From: Neodothiora populina
Taxonomy: Eukaryota
Direction of reading: 5' to 3'
DNA length: 64,000 bases
NCBI RefSeq assembly: GCF_041146345.1
Contig: NW_027191413.1
Coordinates: forward strand, 1,178,001 to 1,242,000
Below, piece by piece: positions 1 through 11,588 of the stretch. The number at the start of each line of letters is the position of its first letter. Positions within the stretch are counted from its first letter, which is position 1. The position numbers and the translations under genes were made by a program. The notes below the pieces were generated by a model. The model saw only the letters and a program-made list of their open reading frames with translations. It was not told where the DNA came from and made no database searches.

Positions 1-3000
1 ACTCGCCGCAACCAACGGCGCGCCGGAGCTGGTTGGAAGAACACCAACAGTAACTGTGCCGAGAATACCCAAATCAACAGATGCGCAGAGCAGCCCACCG
101 CATGTCGCTGAGGTTGTAGATGCCGGGGCCGCGGTAGTGGTTCCCGTCGATGAAGATCCACCAAGCACATTGGCGCTGACGCCAATCAGTGGACCGGTGC
201 CAGTAGTTGGAAGGACACCAGCACTGACGGTGCCCAGGGCACCCAAGTCGGCGGATGCACAGATCAGGTCGGTACAAGTTCCGGTCCCGGTTTGGATGTT
301 GTCAGTTGCAGTAGTTTGAGCAGCAGCAGTTGTTGTTGGCAGAACGCCCGCGCTTATTCCCAAATCTAGAGGACCCAGACTGGCTCCAACACCGATACAA
401 ACCAAGTCTGTGCAAGTTGCCGTTACGGTCTGGCCGGATGTAGCAATGACATCTGCAGTCGCGGTCGCACCAAGCGCACCCACTTCAAGACAGAGCAAAT
501 TCGAGCATGCGGTCGTGTATGTCTGTCCAGATGTGACAGTTGCGCCAGTGTCAACAGGGGTGACAGTACCACCACCATTGAGCACACCGAGGTCCACACT
601 GGCCAGGCCACCATCGTTGAGGACGCCCACACCAAGATCAAGGAGTGTCGGTAGAGCAATAGCAGTATTGTCTACAGTTACCGTACCTCCTCCCAGTCCC
701 AAGTTAAGGCAAAGTAAGCCGTCACAGCTGCCAGCTGCAGGTGTCATCGTGGTAACAGCATCACCACCGCCACCAAGCGTGGGTGATGGGATGACGACAG
801 TCGGCAATAATCCAGTGATCTCTCCAATGAGTGATGTGAGGTCGGACGCGGGCACCACAGCCGTGGGAATCGCAGCAACCTCACTGACGAGAGACGAAAC
901 GTCACTCGGGTTGACAATGCCTGTTGCAATGCTGCTGATATCCGAGATGATGGACGGAATGATACCTGTAGGCCCTGTCACATCTCCTACAATGCTTGTG
1001 GCGTCACCGAGGACGCTGGTGGCATCACCAAGGATGCTTGACAAGCCATTACCAACGGTAGGAACCAGAGATGGAAGCTCAGTAATTTCGCTCACGAGCG
1101 ATGACAGGACAGAGCCAGGTACCACTTCGGTTGGGATTGCACCGATCTCGCTAATGAGAGATGAGACTACGCTCGGATCTGCTACGCCAGTCGCGATACT
1201 GCTGATGTCCGAGATTATGGACGGAATGATACCCGTGGGCGCACCAGTAACGCCTCCTAGAATGCTTGTAGCATCGCCGAGGATGCTTGTTAGACCATTG
1301 CCGACAGTAGGGATCAAAGATGGAAGTTCGGTGATTTCGCTCACAAGCGACGACAGGACAGAGCCAGGGACTACCTCGGTTGGGATCGCACCAATCTCGC
1401 TTACGAGGGAAGACACTGCTCCTGGGTCTACTACACCGGTAGCGATGCTGCTGATGTCCGAGATAATAGAAGGAATGATACCCGTGGGCGCACCAGTGAT
1501 GCCTCCTAGAATGCTTGTTGCGTCGCCGAGGATGCTGGACAAGCCGTTGCCGACAGTGACAGGGAGACCAGTGATATCGCCTATCAAGGACGATAGAACA
1601 GAGCTAGGAACCACTTCGGTTGGAATTGCACCAACCTCGCTGACAAGGGAAGATACTGCACTTGGATCAAGAACCCCGGTGGCGAGACTGCTGATGTCTC
1701 CAAGCACAGATGACACGATACCAGTAGGTACACCTGTAACTCCGATAAGGCTGGTTGCGTCGCTGAGGATTGAAGACAGACCATTGCCGACAGTTGGAAC
1801 CAAGGATGGGAGCCCGGTGATATCGCTGACTAGTGACGAGAGAACAGGGCCAGGTATAATTGAGGTGGGAATGGCACTAATCTCGCTGACAAGCGAAGAG
1901 ACCGCGCTGGGGTCTACAACTCCTGTTGCGAGACTGCTAATGTCAGAGACTAGAGATGAGATAACGCCTGTAGGAACGATGCTAGGTAGATCGCTAAGTA
2001 TGGTCGAAAAAGGATTGCCAGCAGTAGGAACCGCAGCAAATGACGTTTCTGGAAGGCCAGTGATCTCACTGACTAGTGACGAGAGAACAGAGCCGGGTAT
2101 AATCGAAGTGGGGATGGCACTAATTTCGCTGACAAGCGAAGAGACCGCGCTGGGGTCTACAACTCCTGTTGCGAGACTGCTGATATCCGAGGCTAGCGAT
2201 GAGACAACACCTGTGGGAGCGATGCTAGATAGGCCGCTAAGTATGGATGAAAACGGATTGCCAGCAGTAGGGACGGCACTAAATGACGTTTCTGGTAGGC
2301 CAGTGATCTCACTGACTAGTGACGAGAGAACAGAGCCCGGGATCACAGAGGTTGGAATCGCACTAATTTCGCTGACGAGGGAAGATATTGCGCTTGGATT
2401 CGCCGCACCTGTCGCAAGACTGCTAATTTCAGATAGAAGTGACGAGACGACACTCGTTGGGGCCAAGAGACTCGTCACACCGCCAAGTATACTCGAGAAG
2501 CCATTGCCGGCGGTAGGAACCCCTGTGATGGGACCGATGCCAGGTCCGGTAGGAATTGATACCGACGGTATGATGCCAGTGGGTATCGAGGTTGCAGTAG
2601 GCAAAGCCGATATGAAGGAGCTGAGAGCGCTGGTGTCGATGTTTGTGGCAGTAGCGAGTGCTGATGTCAAGGAAGCCAGTTCACTTGAAGGTATATCTGT
2701 TGCTGATGGCAAAGCACTAGACAACTGCGAAAGAAGACTAGAAGGTACACTGGCTCCGACCGAAAGACCAGCTGATGCCGAAACTCCGACGGGAACGGTT
2801 GACGCAACCGGTGATCCTGCAGGACCACTTGCTTGACCTAGGCCAGCAGTAGGGACGCTAAGAAGCGATGATAGGGCCGAAGTGGGTATCACGGCACCGG
2901 GGCTTGCTGCTAGAGAACTAAGAGCAGAAGACAGGGTAGGTCCAACAGAGGCGCCAGGATTAGCTGCTAGAGAGCTGATGGCAGACGAAAGAGCAGGGTT

Positions 3001-4059
3001 TGCGGAGAGAGCACCATCAGTTTGTAGAGCACCGACTAAAGAAGATATAGCAGGGTCTCCAGCGGTTAGGCTAGGACTTCCCGAAGCTGCGCTCAGGATA
3101 GCAGAAGCGGCTGGTGCGACTGTAGCGCCTGGGTTTGCAGCTAGAGCGCCCAGGACAGATGAAGCCGAAGCAGCTAATGGTCCAGGAGTGGCAAATGCAC
3201 CTCCGACAGCAGCGTTGAGGAGCGACGAGACAGCCGGAGCCACTGACGCTGATGGGTTGGCGGCAAGTGAGTTTAGCAGTGACGATGCGGATGCAGCTAG
3301 AGGGTCGGGTGTAGCACCACTAGCTAAAGAGCTCAAGACAGACGAGATCGCCGGGCTAACGCTGCCACTTGGATTGGCGGCCAATGAGTTGAGCAGTGAA
3401 GATGCCGAAGAGGCAAGAGCACCGGGGGTAGGCAATGCACCTGCTTCTGCGCCGAGTAGAGAGGATACAGCAGGATCCACTACTGCGGTCGGGTTCGCTG
3501 CCAATGAACTCAACAACGACGCCGCAGAGGCGGCCAGAGAGTCAGTCGGTGCACCACTCGCAGCTGCATTGAGTAGAGATGAGATTGCGGGATCACTTGT
3601 CGCACTTGGATTGGCTGACAACGAACTGAGCAGTGAAGATGCGGAAGAAGCAAGTTGGCCTGCACTCGGTGCGTTACCAGCTGCTGTGTTGAGCAGAGAA
3701 ACAAGAGCCGGGTCGAGAGGTCCAGCTGTTGGGTTGGCGGCCAAAGAGCCTAGAATCGAAGACGCTGCCGCTGCAAGGGATCCACCCGATGACCCAGGCA
3801 CAGAGCTTGGACTGGAGATGCCAGATGCATCTGGCTGAGCACATGCTGCTTGTAGACCATTTGCCTCTTGTGTCAAAGCATCGACGGCCACAGAGATCAA
3901 ATCACCGAGTAAGGACGGGTTCCCTTGGTTGCTGAGATTGCTGACAAGATCGTTGATGTCTGTGTTGGTGACTGCATCAAGAAGTGCTTGTCTCTTGGTA
4001 GGGGCAGCTCCAGAACTAGCCAAGACAGAGGCAGTCGCCAGAAGTTGGGAGAAACGCAT
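1..4059 (-). CDS. Large secreted Ser/Ala/Thr/Leu-rich repeat protein (putative cell-wall/adhesin-like), 3' end outside the window
   Basis: ATG at 4059 gives MRFSQLLATASVLASSGAAPTKR/Q, a signal peptide followed by a Kex2-type KR. I read no stop in this frame down to position 1 (about 1353 codons), which is why the ORF track omits it. It contains tandem protein repeats. The + strand ORFs 410-2836 and 2882-3838 are its antisense shadows. Confidence 0.88.
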   Translation of the reverse strand, partial: MRFSQLLATASVLASSGAAPTKRQALLDAVTNTDINDLVSNLSNQGNPSLLGDLISVAVDALTQEANGLQAACAQPDASGISSPSSVPGSSGGSLAAAASSILGSLAANPTAGPLDPALVSLLNTAAGNAPSAGQLASSASSLLSSLSANPSATSDPAISSLLNAAASGAPTDSLAASAASLLSSLAANPTAVVDPAVSSLLGAEAGALPTPGALASSASSLLNSLAANPSGSVSPAISSVLSSLASGATPDPLAASASSLLNSLAANPSASVAPAVSSLLNAAVGGAFATPGPLAASASSVLGALAANPGATVAPAASAILSAASGSPSLTAGDPAISSLVGALQTDGALSANPALSSAISSLAANPGASVGPTLSSALSSLAASPGAVIPTSALSSLLSVPTAGLGQASGPAGSPVASTVPVGVSASAGLSVGASVPSSLLSQLSSALPSATDIPSSELASLTSALATATNIDTSALSSFISALPTATSIPTGIIPSVSIPTGPGIGPITGVPTAGNGFSSILGGVTSLLAPTSVVSSLLSEISSLATGAANPSAISSLVSEISAIPTSVIPGSVLSSLVSEITGLPETSFSAVPTAGNPFSSILSGLSSIAPTGVVSSLASDISSLATGVVDPSAVSSLVSEISAIPTSIIPGSVLSSLVSEITGLPETSFAAVPTAGNPFSTILSDLPSIVPTGVISSLVSDISSLATGVVDPSAVSSLVSEISAIPTSIIPGPVLSSLVSDITGLPSLVPTVGNGLSSILSDATSLIGVTGVPTGIVSSVLGDISSLATGVLDPSAVSSLVSEVGAIPTEVVPSSVLSSLIGDITGLPVTVGNGLSSILGDATSILGGITGAPTGIIPSIISDISSIATGVVDPGAVSSLVSEIGAIPTEVVPGSVLSSLVSEITELPSLIPTVGNGLTSILGDATSILGGVTGAPTGIIPSIISDISSIATGVADPSVVSSLISEIGAIPTEVVPGSVLSSLVSEITELPSLVPTVGNGLSSILGDATSVLGDATSIVGDVTGPTGIIPSIISDISSIATGIVNPSDVSSLVSEVAAIPTAVVPASDLTSLIGEITGLLPTVVIPSPTLGGGGDAVTTMTPAAGSCDGLLCLNLGLGGGTVTVDNTAIALPTLLDLGVGVLNDGGLASVDLGVLNGGGTVTPVDTGATVTSGQTYTTACSNLLCLEVGALGATATADVIATSGQTVTATCTDLVCIGVGASLGPLDLGISAGVLPTTTAAAQTTATDNIQTGTGTCTDLICASADLGALGTVSAGVLPTTGTGPLIGVSANVLGGSSSTGTTTAAPASTTSATCGGLLCASVDLGILGTVTVGVLPTSSGAPLVAAS
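800..2520 (-). repeat. Coding tandem repeat, 7 units of about 80-89 aa
   Basis: Homologous anchor (GAC/GAT..AGAACAG-like) at 833, 1100, 1349, 1589, 1835, 2078, 2321. Spacings are 267, 249, 240, 246, 243, 243 nt, all multiples of 3. Confidence 0.85.
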
Positions 4060-7000
4060 ATTGCTTCCTCACTTTAGCAGACTACTGCTCCGTTTCTATG
4101 TGATGTTTCAATCAGGTATTGGAGGAAAGGTCAAGTCTCTGGCCTGTCTGATGAATGACAAGTTTGAGATGATTAGTTTTGAGTGTAGCAAAGGTTTCTA
4201 TCTTATATATCCGCAGGATGATATGCCATCTGTATGATACTTGATCGATGCAGAGTAGTTCGCCAGAAGTGCTCAATTCAATGCAACTATTCAAGACGGT
4301 TAGGTATGTTTCAGTATTATCCATGGTTCTCAATCTTGACAGAGGGGTTAGCCCCTTCATACCTAGTCCAATTACCAGCTGATAGATCCGACGTTTGAAG
4401 TGCTTATCGAAGGTAGGTGCTTCGTGGGTCCCAACTTCCTGAGTAGAATGACTCTGGAGTGGGGTCCGAGGCACCGTTCCGGTTCTTTGGCAAGCGCCTC
4501 TGTGATGCTATACCTCATCGCCGTTTTCGTACGATACCATCTGCTTCCTAAGATATGGTCTTTGAGCTAACAGTTTCTATGTATGCTCTTGTCTCAGGGC
4601 ATATAATTAACCTTAATTCGGTTCATTGCAATTCAGCAGAGGCGTTAAGCCTGGTGCTGCGACTATCGGCATCAATGTCAAGGCCTCAGAATATACACTC
4701 ACATGACTAAGAGTGACTTGACCAGCACTCTCATTGCGTACTTCAAACTGATATGAGTAGTCAAGATCTAGTTGATTTGTCTACAGTCATACACATGTCG
4801 GAAATCGTGAGGTTGTATAACAACATGTTCCTTGATCAACCAAATCAGATCAAAGGATCTGAGGAGTGGCTTGAGAAGTGTTAGCCGGCATGTGAAGTAA
4901 GACATCATGTCAGTGCACGGCAAGAAGGGCGCAATACTGCGATACCATTGGCGCTTAGCTGGAAATCGTTATGGGGTTGTCAAGATATCTTTGATAGGAC
5001 AGCACCTTGGCCATCATCCAAGAGACCGGATTCAGACGCGCCCTGCACGTCACCATCGATGTAAGCTTGAAAGATGCCAATCGAGATTCGACAAGTCGAG
5101 TCTCTATCAGTCTGAGACTGGCAGATCGTCGCTTCAACGTAGTAACAGTACCTAAGCCACAATCCAATTGAAGTTCATGGCATTGCAGTCAAAGTACATG
5201 CCCAGCAAGTGATGTTCCTAGCATGTAACTCGGTTGACGGAACGTCCAGTGTCGGGATCCGAACCTTTTTCAAGCCACTTCCAAATGCACTTGAGACCGT
5301 GAAGAAACCCTGCATGAGGAAATCCCATAGCGTTAGCGAACGATGTAACGCGCTGTCGGATGTGAGTCTATACCAGCTGTTTCCAATCCATCTGGCCTCT
5401 AAGAGGTGCCTTAAGGATAGGACTACATCCAGATTTAGCCTGTGGAGCAGCTGAACGCATGCAACGGCTCGCTTGCTGAGAGCTTCATTGGAATGCAGTG
5501 AGAACTAATGGTCTTCTTCTACTACTTCTGTAGTACTACTGCGTATAAGACACCGAGTGTATGTGTCAGACGTGTAGCAAAGCGTCTAAAGTATCGAGCT
5601 AAGGCTTAGATCACAGCCAAAGACAGACTTGAGGTTTGGCAAACTGATGTTGTCTGCGTTGCAGGGTCTGCAACATTTCAGTCGCTTGTACTGTGCTTGG
5701 CGAGGGACGCTCAACAGTGCTTCGGAGTCTCCGTACCTGTGCTCAGTATAGACTACGATATTAACGACGACGTTAATATCCAAACATCTAGTTCATTACG
5801 AGCTTGGGCTACACGTGTATGGTCGCAAAGCGAAGGATGCCATGACCACACAGTACCTTACCCAACAACGATGGGCATTGGATCTCCAAAGGGAAGGTAA
5901 TCGGTCCCACGAGTTCATCGCTGGACTGCCGATCTTGCCTCCTAGGTCGGCGTTGTTTCTACCAGTCGGAAGGAACCCAATGGGAAACCATTGCCGCCAC
6001 CTTTAACACAACAGGTTTGACACAACGGGGCTTCGTACGCAACGTCTGCCACCAATCTACCTTTTATAGGGCAGTGTGGCTAAGGCATCATGATGACCAT
6101 TGCGTGTGGTGATGGGACCGAAACTTCATATGGTTGTAAACATGGGAGGCGGTAGCGTGCGTGTATCCTTCGAGCGCATACTACGAGGCAATACAGCGGA
6201 GGTGTCTACCTGGTAGTCAAAGCTGTCAGCAAGTTATCGTGGCAGCAACCTTTGTGTTGCAAGCATCGCTGACTCGATACCCGGTACTTTGGGTAACACC
6301 GATGAAGCAATGAAGCCGTATAAGCGACGTGGTATGTAATTGATATGGAAGCCAAGCTTCACTTCGACCGAGGCCTTGCGATGCGGAGGCCTACAGTCTT
6401 GACTCAGACACATGTCAGCAGATCGTATATTCGACGAGGCCCTTCCTCACTTCGAGCCATCCTTGCCGCAGACACCATACCGTACCTTAGACATGCTATA
6501 CGGTCTACGAAGGCCCTCCTTGCGCGACAGATGACACCTCTCCGGCCCCACATATGGTACCTCTACAGACAGAACCGTCCGCCAACGGACCGTTCCTTGG
6601 GAACTCAAGGTCCAGGACCCAACGACTGTGGCTTACATGGACGTGTACCCGTCTTGCTGGTCGTCACGCTAGGTACCTTACCTAATTCCCCACTCACGAG
6701 CATCTCTTCCACTTCTCAGGGTCAGCGCGGTCCGACGTAGAGCCAAAACTCCGTACTTGTGCTGCATTCAGACGCACTTTAGCTTCACCAAGAGTAGGAA
6801 ATTACCTTCACCAGACTGCCAATACCAATTTAATGGTGGGTTAGGTGGGATAGCTCATCCCAAGGTCTCCTCCTCGATCCGCGGGACCTTCGCGTTTAAA
6901 ACAGAGTTCAAACTAATCGTGAGCACGCAAGATGATATTATGCAAAGGCTGTGACCGTGATTACCGCAAATATCTCAAGTCATCATATGTACAGTATCTT

Positions 7001-9421
7001 TTGTTGATGAGCATCAATTCCCCAAAGTTGATCAGACAAAAGGACTCGCAAGCCAAAGCGGCTGGCTTTTAAGCATTTAAGCTTATAAGCATTGCTTGAG
7101 TCTTGTATCGCTCCCAGTTTGAGACCGCAGCCACGCACGAGAACGGGTCGTATCGCGACATGTGGCAATGTGTAAGGATGATCAATGGCCGAGATGGACG
7201 ATTTGACATGACGGCATTCGAATAAGACCAGAAAGTCCAGATGTGTGATGTCTGATTGGATGTGGGAGGATTCGCCATGGCCACTAACGATTTCATTGCC
7301 TGACCATGCTGCCGGGAAGCACCACTTTGGAGGATAAACGTGAAGATTTCACACCCAGATGAGATAACGCATTAAACGCCAGATCCGTTGTAGTTTGTAC
7401 ATCCTCATCCGGCACCCCTTTTGATCGATACACAAGACAGCGTTCGACGAAAGAGGTTTGGCAGAGTAGAAGGTGACAGACAGCCGGGACTATATGATGT
7501 AAAAGTACAACAACGTAGGCTGAGGTAGGTAAGGTGGTAGTCAGACGTCAAGAATGGCTATCCCAAATAAGGTAATCGCGTCGTTGAACCCCACAAACCA
7601 TTCCATTGATCCTTGTCAAGTTTAATCCCCATATCGCTTCCAAGCTTTGAACCGTTCTTGGGTACGTCGACCTCAAGCCATGTTTGCAAGTGACGTTCTG
7701 TGCGTTCGTCTTGACTACTGCAAGATATACTTTGATCCGCCTTCAGACGTTTCCTCTATTGCATCCTTGGGCGTGTAGAGAGATTGATCTACCTTACCAT
7801 CGGGTAACTCCCATGAACACCCTCGACGTCTATTCCGTCCCTGCCGGTGATGATGGCATCCCCATCGCACACCATATTCAAGCCACATGCGTAAGACACG
7901 GCAATGCTGCACGACGGCATACACTGTTCAGACCCGCGACCCATGGCGATGAAGGTGGTATTCCGCCAAGTATCAGTCTGGGCCGCTTGAATCGGTAATG
8001 CTCAGGAGAAGATCCCCAAGACGAGACACAGATCTATCAAGACTTTTCACTAGCCCGATGTGCTCTTCCACCATCGATCTTCCCAGGACCCTTTGTGATG
8101 AATGTAGTATTCCATCGAGGATCTCTTCGGCCCTCTAGATCGCATGCACGGTGAAGCTCAGCAAACCCCCGATACGAGACAAGATTCTGTCAAGCAACTC
8201 TGTTCACTAGGCGCACCTGCTCTTCCATCGTCGATCTTCCTAGACCAAACACTCCATGCATTCTGGGGGTGCCCCCATTGACTTCCGAACCTCCCGACAT
8301 TGCACCCGGAACATCCAATCAAAGCTGTAACATCGCATACTACTATACACAGTGGACAGACGGCAAGAGAGACCATCGAGGAATCTTGTCTCATCGGGTT
8401 TTCCATTTCTGCGATTGACTAGCTTGAGTCTCCATGGAAACTTGGACGGAAGACTCAACTTCTTGTGTTACATCTTGGAACAAGGACGCATCGCTTCTAC
8501 GATATCTCAACTATGGTCTGTGAACACCCCCAAGACCTTACTGGTGGGTCATCGGGTATCATTTCCTGGCTTGCAACTATGGTGCACGCATTTGTCAGCC
8601 TGGCCATGATTGGAAGACGCGGAGCGCGCCGATATTGCTTTCCAGGTAAGTTGGAGCAGCGCGCTTGAATACAGACGAGAGCTCGCAGCATGCTTGTTTC
8701 CTACCAGGCAGACCCCATCTGTGTTTAGATCAGATGCTTCGGACGTGTTACGCCGCTTCGGTGCGCATTGCTTCCCTACTGCTTTCAAAGACCCCCGAGG
8801 GGATGGCACAGAGAAGTAGACAGGACCGGACAAGACCTCACGTTCTCGGTCGCATATCTTTCGTTTCGAATGTCTTCAATTTCTCTTTCATAGACTTTGC
8901 GCATCGTGTTTCCCCCTTTTTCCGTGTCTACATCATTACCTGCACTACCTACGATTGACACGTCAGACCTTCGGATGCCTCGCTCTCCTCACACCATTGC
9001 TTATATATACAGGAAAAGATGATGATGGCAAGAGATGGAAAAGAAGAAAAACTCATAAATTGGCGATTGCCGGAAACGACATGGGGTCATTCACTCGAAC
9101 CTCCGTTCCTGTAGCAAAAACACTCCTGGCTTCAAGTCTGCGCGTTGAACATAGGCGTAGCAAGTACGAGAGCGCCGAGCCATCGACGTCTCTACAGGCT
9201 GTCGCTCATTGTCGCAGTGGGGAGAGTCCTTTTTTTTGTAAAAAAAAAATCCTTTCCTGCTGCTGGTCGTTGATGATTTGGATGGGGAGGTGATAAGGGT
9301 AGTTGACGTTGATGATCTGGACTGAAAGATAAAATGTTGATATTGTACAGGAGGCGCGATAACTCGAGAAGATCAATGACTCGAGCCAGTCCTCTATTTA
9401 TTTCATATGAGCTGAGGATGT

Positions 9422-10651
9422 CTAGAAGGGGGGAGTGACGGGGCTGGTGGCGATGGTCTCGGCTTGTTGCATGACCTCCTCCTCGGCAGCCTCAATAGAG
9501 ACGGCAAGACCGAGCTTGGCGCTGTTCTGCACGGGGAAGTCAGTGTATTGTGAGGTGTCTCTGAGGGTGAGAAACTTACCTTGACGTGGTCGAGCTCGCC
9601 AGCAAAGGTAATCTGGACCATGGGGACGACACGCTTCTCAAGCAACACGCCGAGCTTGCCGGCACTGTCAACCTGAGCGCGGAAGCTGCTGGCGCGGAAA
9701 TCGTACTTGGCACCGAAAGTAGCAACACCCTCCTTTCTGATACCGCCCATCATGCCGCCCTGAGCAGCACCCATACCGGCGACCTGAAGGTTGAGGTCGA
9801 CACCAGCCTCGAGCTGCTGCGACAGTCTCTTCCAGTATGAAGTCTGCAGACCACCGGCAGTCATGAGCTGCGCGCTGGCAATCCAGTCGTCACCCTTGTA
9901 CTTTCCAGCATAGCTGATCATGCTCTCGGGACCCATTTGTGCTGCAGCTCTTTGGTAGACGGCCTCGAGACCGAGCGAGAGTCTGGGAGTGATGCTTTGC
10001 ATGTAGCTGCCAATGAAGATACCAGTGAGGGGACCGTCGAGGACGGATGGGTTCATGGCCTTGATCTGAGCAGTGAAGTCGTTGCCAGCATAGTCGTTCT
10101 CGAGCGAGAATTGAGCGCCGCCGGGGCCGGCCATTGAGGCAGCCTGGATCTGTGCAGTAGTCTTGGTGATCCATCTCGGGGTCCAGCGGTAGTTGAAGCG
10201 CGCCGATAGAGACAAATCGCTGTCGAGGTTACCTTGGCAGAAGACCTGTGAAACATAGACATTAGGTATTGCGATACTATGACTCGACCTCCCGCACGAT
10301 GCCTACCTTGTTGGTGCCGAAAAGAGCCAAGAAAGCATATGGAGGTATTTGTTGCGAGCCTTGCGAAAAGGCGTGGGAAACCTGGAACAGCGGAGCAACG
10401 CTGAAGGCCTTTGTGAGATCGGCGCGGAGACCAGAGAAGCTCAGGTTGTTGAGGAAAACATCGCGCTGGACCTCCTTTGCAACATTCTCTACGGTGCCCG
10501 GGTTAGACAGGCCGAGTGCGTCTCTTCGCGCCTGGAAAGAGGTGTAGGTATCTCTGATGGCGGAGAACACCGCGTTGTTGGAGAAGCTCTCAATGGCGCC
10601 TGATCGCTTTTCCGATAATGCAGGGAACTGAGGAAGTGGCACTGAAGTCAT
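9422..10651 (-). CDS. TOM40: Mitochondrial import receptor subunit TOM40
   Basis: Exons 10651-10307, 10245-9580, 9526-9422 with GT-AG introns. Protein MTSVPLPQF...[20 protein letters not shown]...FQVSHAFS...[17 protein letters not shown]...[10 protein letters not shown]...TPPF*, typical of Tom40. Confidence 0.96.
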
Positions 10652-10660
10652 GATGGCTAA

Positions 10661-10683
10661 TGTGTGTGTGTGTGTGTGTGTGT
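10661..10683. repeat. (TG)n microsatellite immediately upstream of the TOM40 ATG
   Basis: About 11 TG units, directly visible. Confidence 0.9.
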
Positions 10684-11014
10684 AAGAGAGGAATTGAGAG
10701 AGGATCAAGATGGCGGCGAACAAATGGTGCGTAGACGGCCAGATGGAATACAGAAGAGAGCGCCTTCAGACAGCCGGATCAAGATGGAGGAATAAAAAGC
10801 GCAGCCGTAGATATGGCGTGCAGATGGAAGATGTGGAAGAAAAACAGAGGATGATGATGTCGTTGTTTGCAAAAGTCGTGCTGAGCTTCATGAACATCTC
10901 TCACTACTTCTGTACACTCTTCTTTTGTCCAAATCAAATTTCTGGCTCATTGACTCGTGATTGGCTGACCGGCATTGCGCCGAACTGCCTCGATATATGG
11001 CCACTATCACTAGC

Positions 11015-11044
11015 ACCACTACCACTACCACTACCACTACCACC
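11015..11044. repeat. (ACCACT)n short tandem repeat in the TOM40/PFK-2 divergent intergenic region
   Basis: accact repeated 4 times plus a variant unit. Confidence 0.75.
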
Positions 11045-11588
11045 GACACTCCTCCACACCGGACGCCGTACGCCGTGTTCAGCCTTACCAACCAGACACC
11101 TTATCGTGAATCCCGCTTCTGAGCAAAAGAAACACAAATCTTGAGATAATTGTGCAATAACAATCGTGATTGCCTCTTTCTTCTCGAAAAGATCGAGCTA
11201 TCGCATTGCCTCCTCACTAATCTTTCCTCTACGCCGAGCGCTTTAACTTTCGTCGCTCAACGCACCGCAAATTGTATCCGTACCACCTCATCAGTCCAGC
11301 CGCGTCAAGTCCGGGAAAGCCAGTTCCAGATTCCGACCCCTCTTAATACAATCTTGCCTTAAGCATTAGCTATCGCAACAGTGAGAAGTGCCACCCACAA
11401 TTTGCAGGGAGAAAGTGCGAATCATCTACCAAACGAAGCCCAACTGACGTTTCGGGAAAGCTGGAATCACCCGACCTTGACCCTGTGCCTGCGTCGCCTC
11501 CTTGACATCGTCAGACGATACGATGGACACTTTACTGTATGTTTTCCCTTGTTCGAACGTGCCCGTTGCGACATCACTCCGAACCGCA

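Noticed and set aside
410..3838. Long + strand ORFs (808 aa and 318 aa)
   Set aside because: Antisense shadows of the minus-strand repeat protein, which has the ATG, the signal peptide and an uninterrupted frame.
9230..9249. T8-GT-A10 self-complementary run as a terminator
   Set aside because: Eukaryotic context; most likely a simple homopolymer tract in the TOM40 3' region.
4100..9400. Short ORFs in the 5-kb interval between the repeat protein and TOM40
   Set aside because: I could not assemble a consistent spliced gene or recognise a domain. A small lineage-specific gene cannot be excluded.
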